NCBI RefSeq assembly: GCF_001194135.2
Contig: NC_068989.1
Coordinates: 95,802,746-95,866,745 of the forward strand
Reading direction: 5' to 3'
DNA: 64,000 bases
From: Octopus bimaculoides
Lineage: Eukaryota
The notes beneath the pieces were generated by a model. The model was not told the origin of the DNA. It worked only from the letters and a program-made list of their open reading frames with translations, and did not search any database. Every line of letters starts with the position of its first letter. Positions within the stretch are counted from its first letter, which is position 1. Below, one piece after another: positions 62,253 through 64,000 of this stretch. A program made the position numbers and the translations under genes.

Positions 62253-63950
62253 GAACCAGACCTTGTGGCAGATGAGATACAGTGATTTAAATCAACTTCA
62301 GATATATTCTAAAAGAGATGGATGGGCAAGGTTGGAATGTCTCTGATCGTAAGTTTGCTCGATCAGGCTCCAGCAACAACAGTTTATTGTTTACCAAGTT
62401 TTCTGCCAAATAAATAAATATTAAACAATGCAATCCTCGTTATCTCTAAGAAACCAGAATTGTCTTTTAATTGTGAGTCTTATTCGGTCAAGGTTGACCT
62501 GGGACTAAACTACTGCTACAACAACAACAACATGTAATACCACAATGATAATCCAGTTTCAATTGTTAAAGTAAATACTTGCCATCATAGGTAAACTGAC
62601 GTAACTGTTAAATGGCCCAGGTAGAGAAAACAACAACAAACCTACTGTTTCGGAGCTTAGTCATAAGACTGAAACACATTTAACATTTTGCACACGAGAA
62701 TAAGTGTGTAACCTCTGTGTCTGTGTGTCTACGTACATAGACACTTATTGCACAGAATTTATCATTTCACTCTATTTGAAATCCTTTTTCATTTGATATT
62801 GGATTTTTTTTTTCAATATGTGATATGCATTTTATTAGATTATTCTGAAAAGCCAAATAAATAATAATAGAATGAATAAAAATAATATTAGAATAAATAA
62901 AATAAAGATAATATAAATAAATACAAAATGAAATAAATAATGCTTTCTATTGAAATCTGACTTCTCGTAATTCAACAAAGTAAAAAAAAAAACAAAGAAA
63001 AAAAGAAGGTAAATTTTTATAGTGAGATTTTACTAACCTCTACCATTTGATATAGTTTCCAAATAAATTAATACCACGATTGATAATGGATTACATAAAT
63101 AAATAAAACTGTCTTTTTGTTATTTGCATTTTATTTTGAATAATTCTTTTGATTAGTAGATGAGCAATGCTTTGTTTAGATATAGTAACTTTGAAAATAT
63201 TGTTAATAAAATACAAATGATTGGAAATTGTTTCATCTTCTATTTAAAAACTTTAGAAATTGAATCTGTAATTGTACATCTTTAATGAATACAAAATAAT
63301 CAAATTTGTATAAGTTCCTGTAGTCACAACATACTTTTGGCTCTATTTTCCTAGTTTTAAAATATGTCATTGTTGCAGATTAGCTCTGGTTGTGAGGACA
63401 GGATTAAAATCAAGCTATTTTCGACCATCCTGTCTTTGTATTACATTGTCTAATGTGTCATTAACTTTTTGTTTTTGTTTTTTGAGTGGTCAGTTGGGTG
63501 CGATTTGTGGGAGCTCTCACTTTTAATTCTAGGTGGTCTTGTGATAGTGTACAGGACCCCTTATTGGTCTGTACTTTAAATATATACCATGGGTACATAT
63601 TGCTGGAGTAATAAATTCATATTTCATTAGCTAATGAAGCTCATGTCTAAATTGGGCCTTAGAAAGGTTTTTAATGTAGATGAATGCTAATAGGGAAATT
63701 TTTAATATTTTCAATATTAGAAATTTATTTTACTATATTTACACAGAAAATTTATGCTTTTAGATTTTTAATGCCCATCTTGGCATTCTTAATTGCAGCT
63801 TTCCAACAAGCCAAACACTAGTTCACTGTATTTCCGATAGTGTGAGAGAGAGGGAGACAATAATGTGTCTATAACTCAATGCAGAACAAATATCATTGGG
63901 GACTTAGTTCAAAAAGTGTTCTTTTCTTTTTTTTTTCCAGTTTTCTTTAC

Positions 63951-64000
<50 letters not shown>

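Overview
AT-rich, repeat-dense eukaryotic scaffold with six N-gaps. The SINE/LINE repertoire and microsatellite load suggest an octopus (cephalopod) genome; this is inference from the repeats. Two genes lie head to head, and only the first coding exon of each could be identified. On the minus strand is an RXYLT1/TMEM5-like type II membrane glycosyltransferase (40682-40820). On the plus strand is a THUMPD3-like tRNA m2G methyltransferase (43652-43852). The rest is most likely their long first introns. These hold a full-length but dead IR/DR-type Tc1 transposon, RTE, CR1-group and probable Penelope-like remnants, piggyBac-type MITEs, a Helentron-like non-autonomous element, at least four tRNA-derived SINE families and a CpG-decayed tRNA-Ile pseudogene. 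The most interesting signal is a near-complete type I hammerhead ribozyme fold at about 28334-28407 with one clear core substitution. A related, more decayed hammerhead motif at about 19448-19483 sits at the 3' end of the Penelope-like remnant. Also notable are a roughly 22-kb CpG-rich domain with a sharp left edge and several fold-back SINE pairs in the THUMPD3 intron. All homology calls were made by eye; no database search was run.
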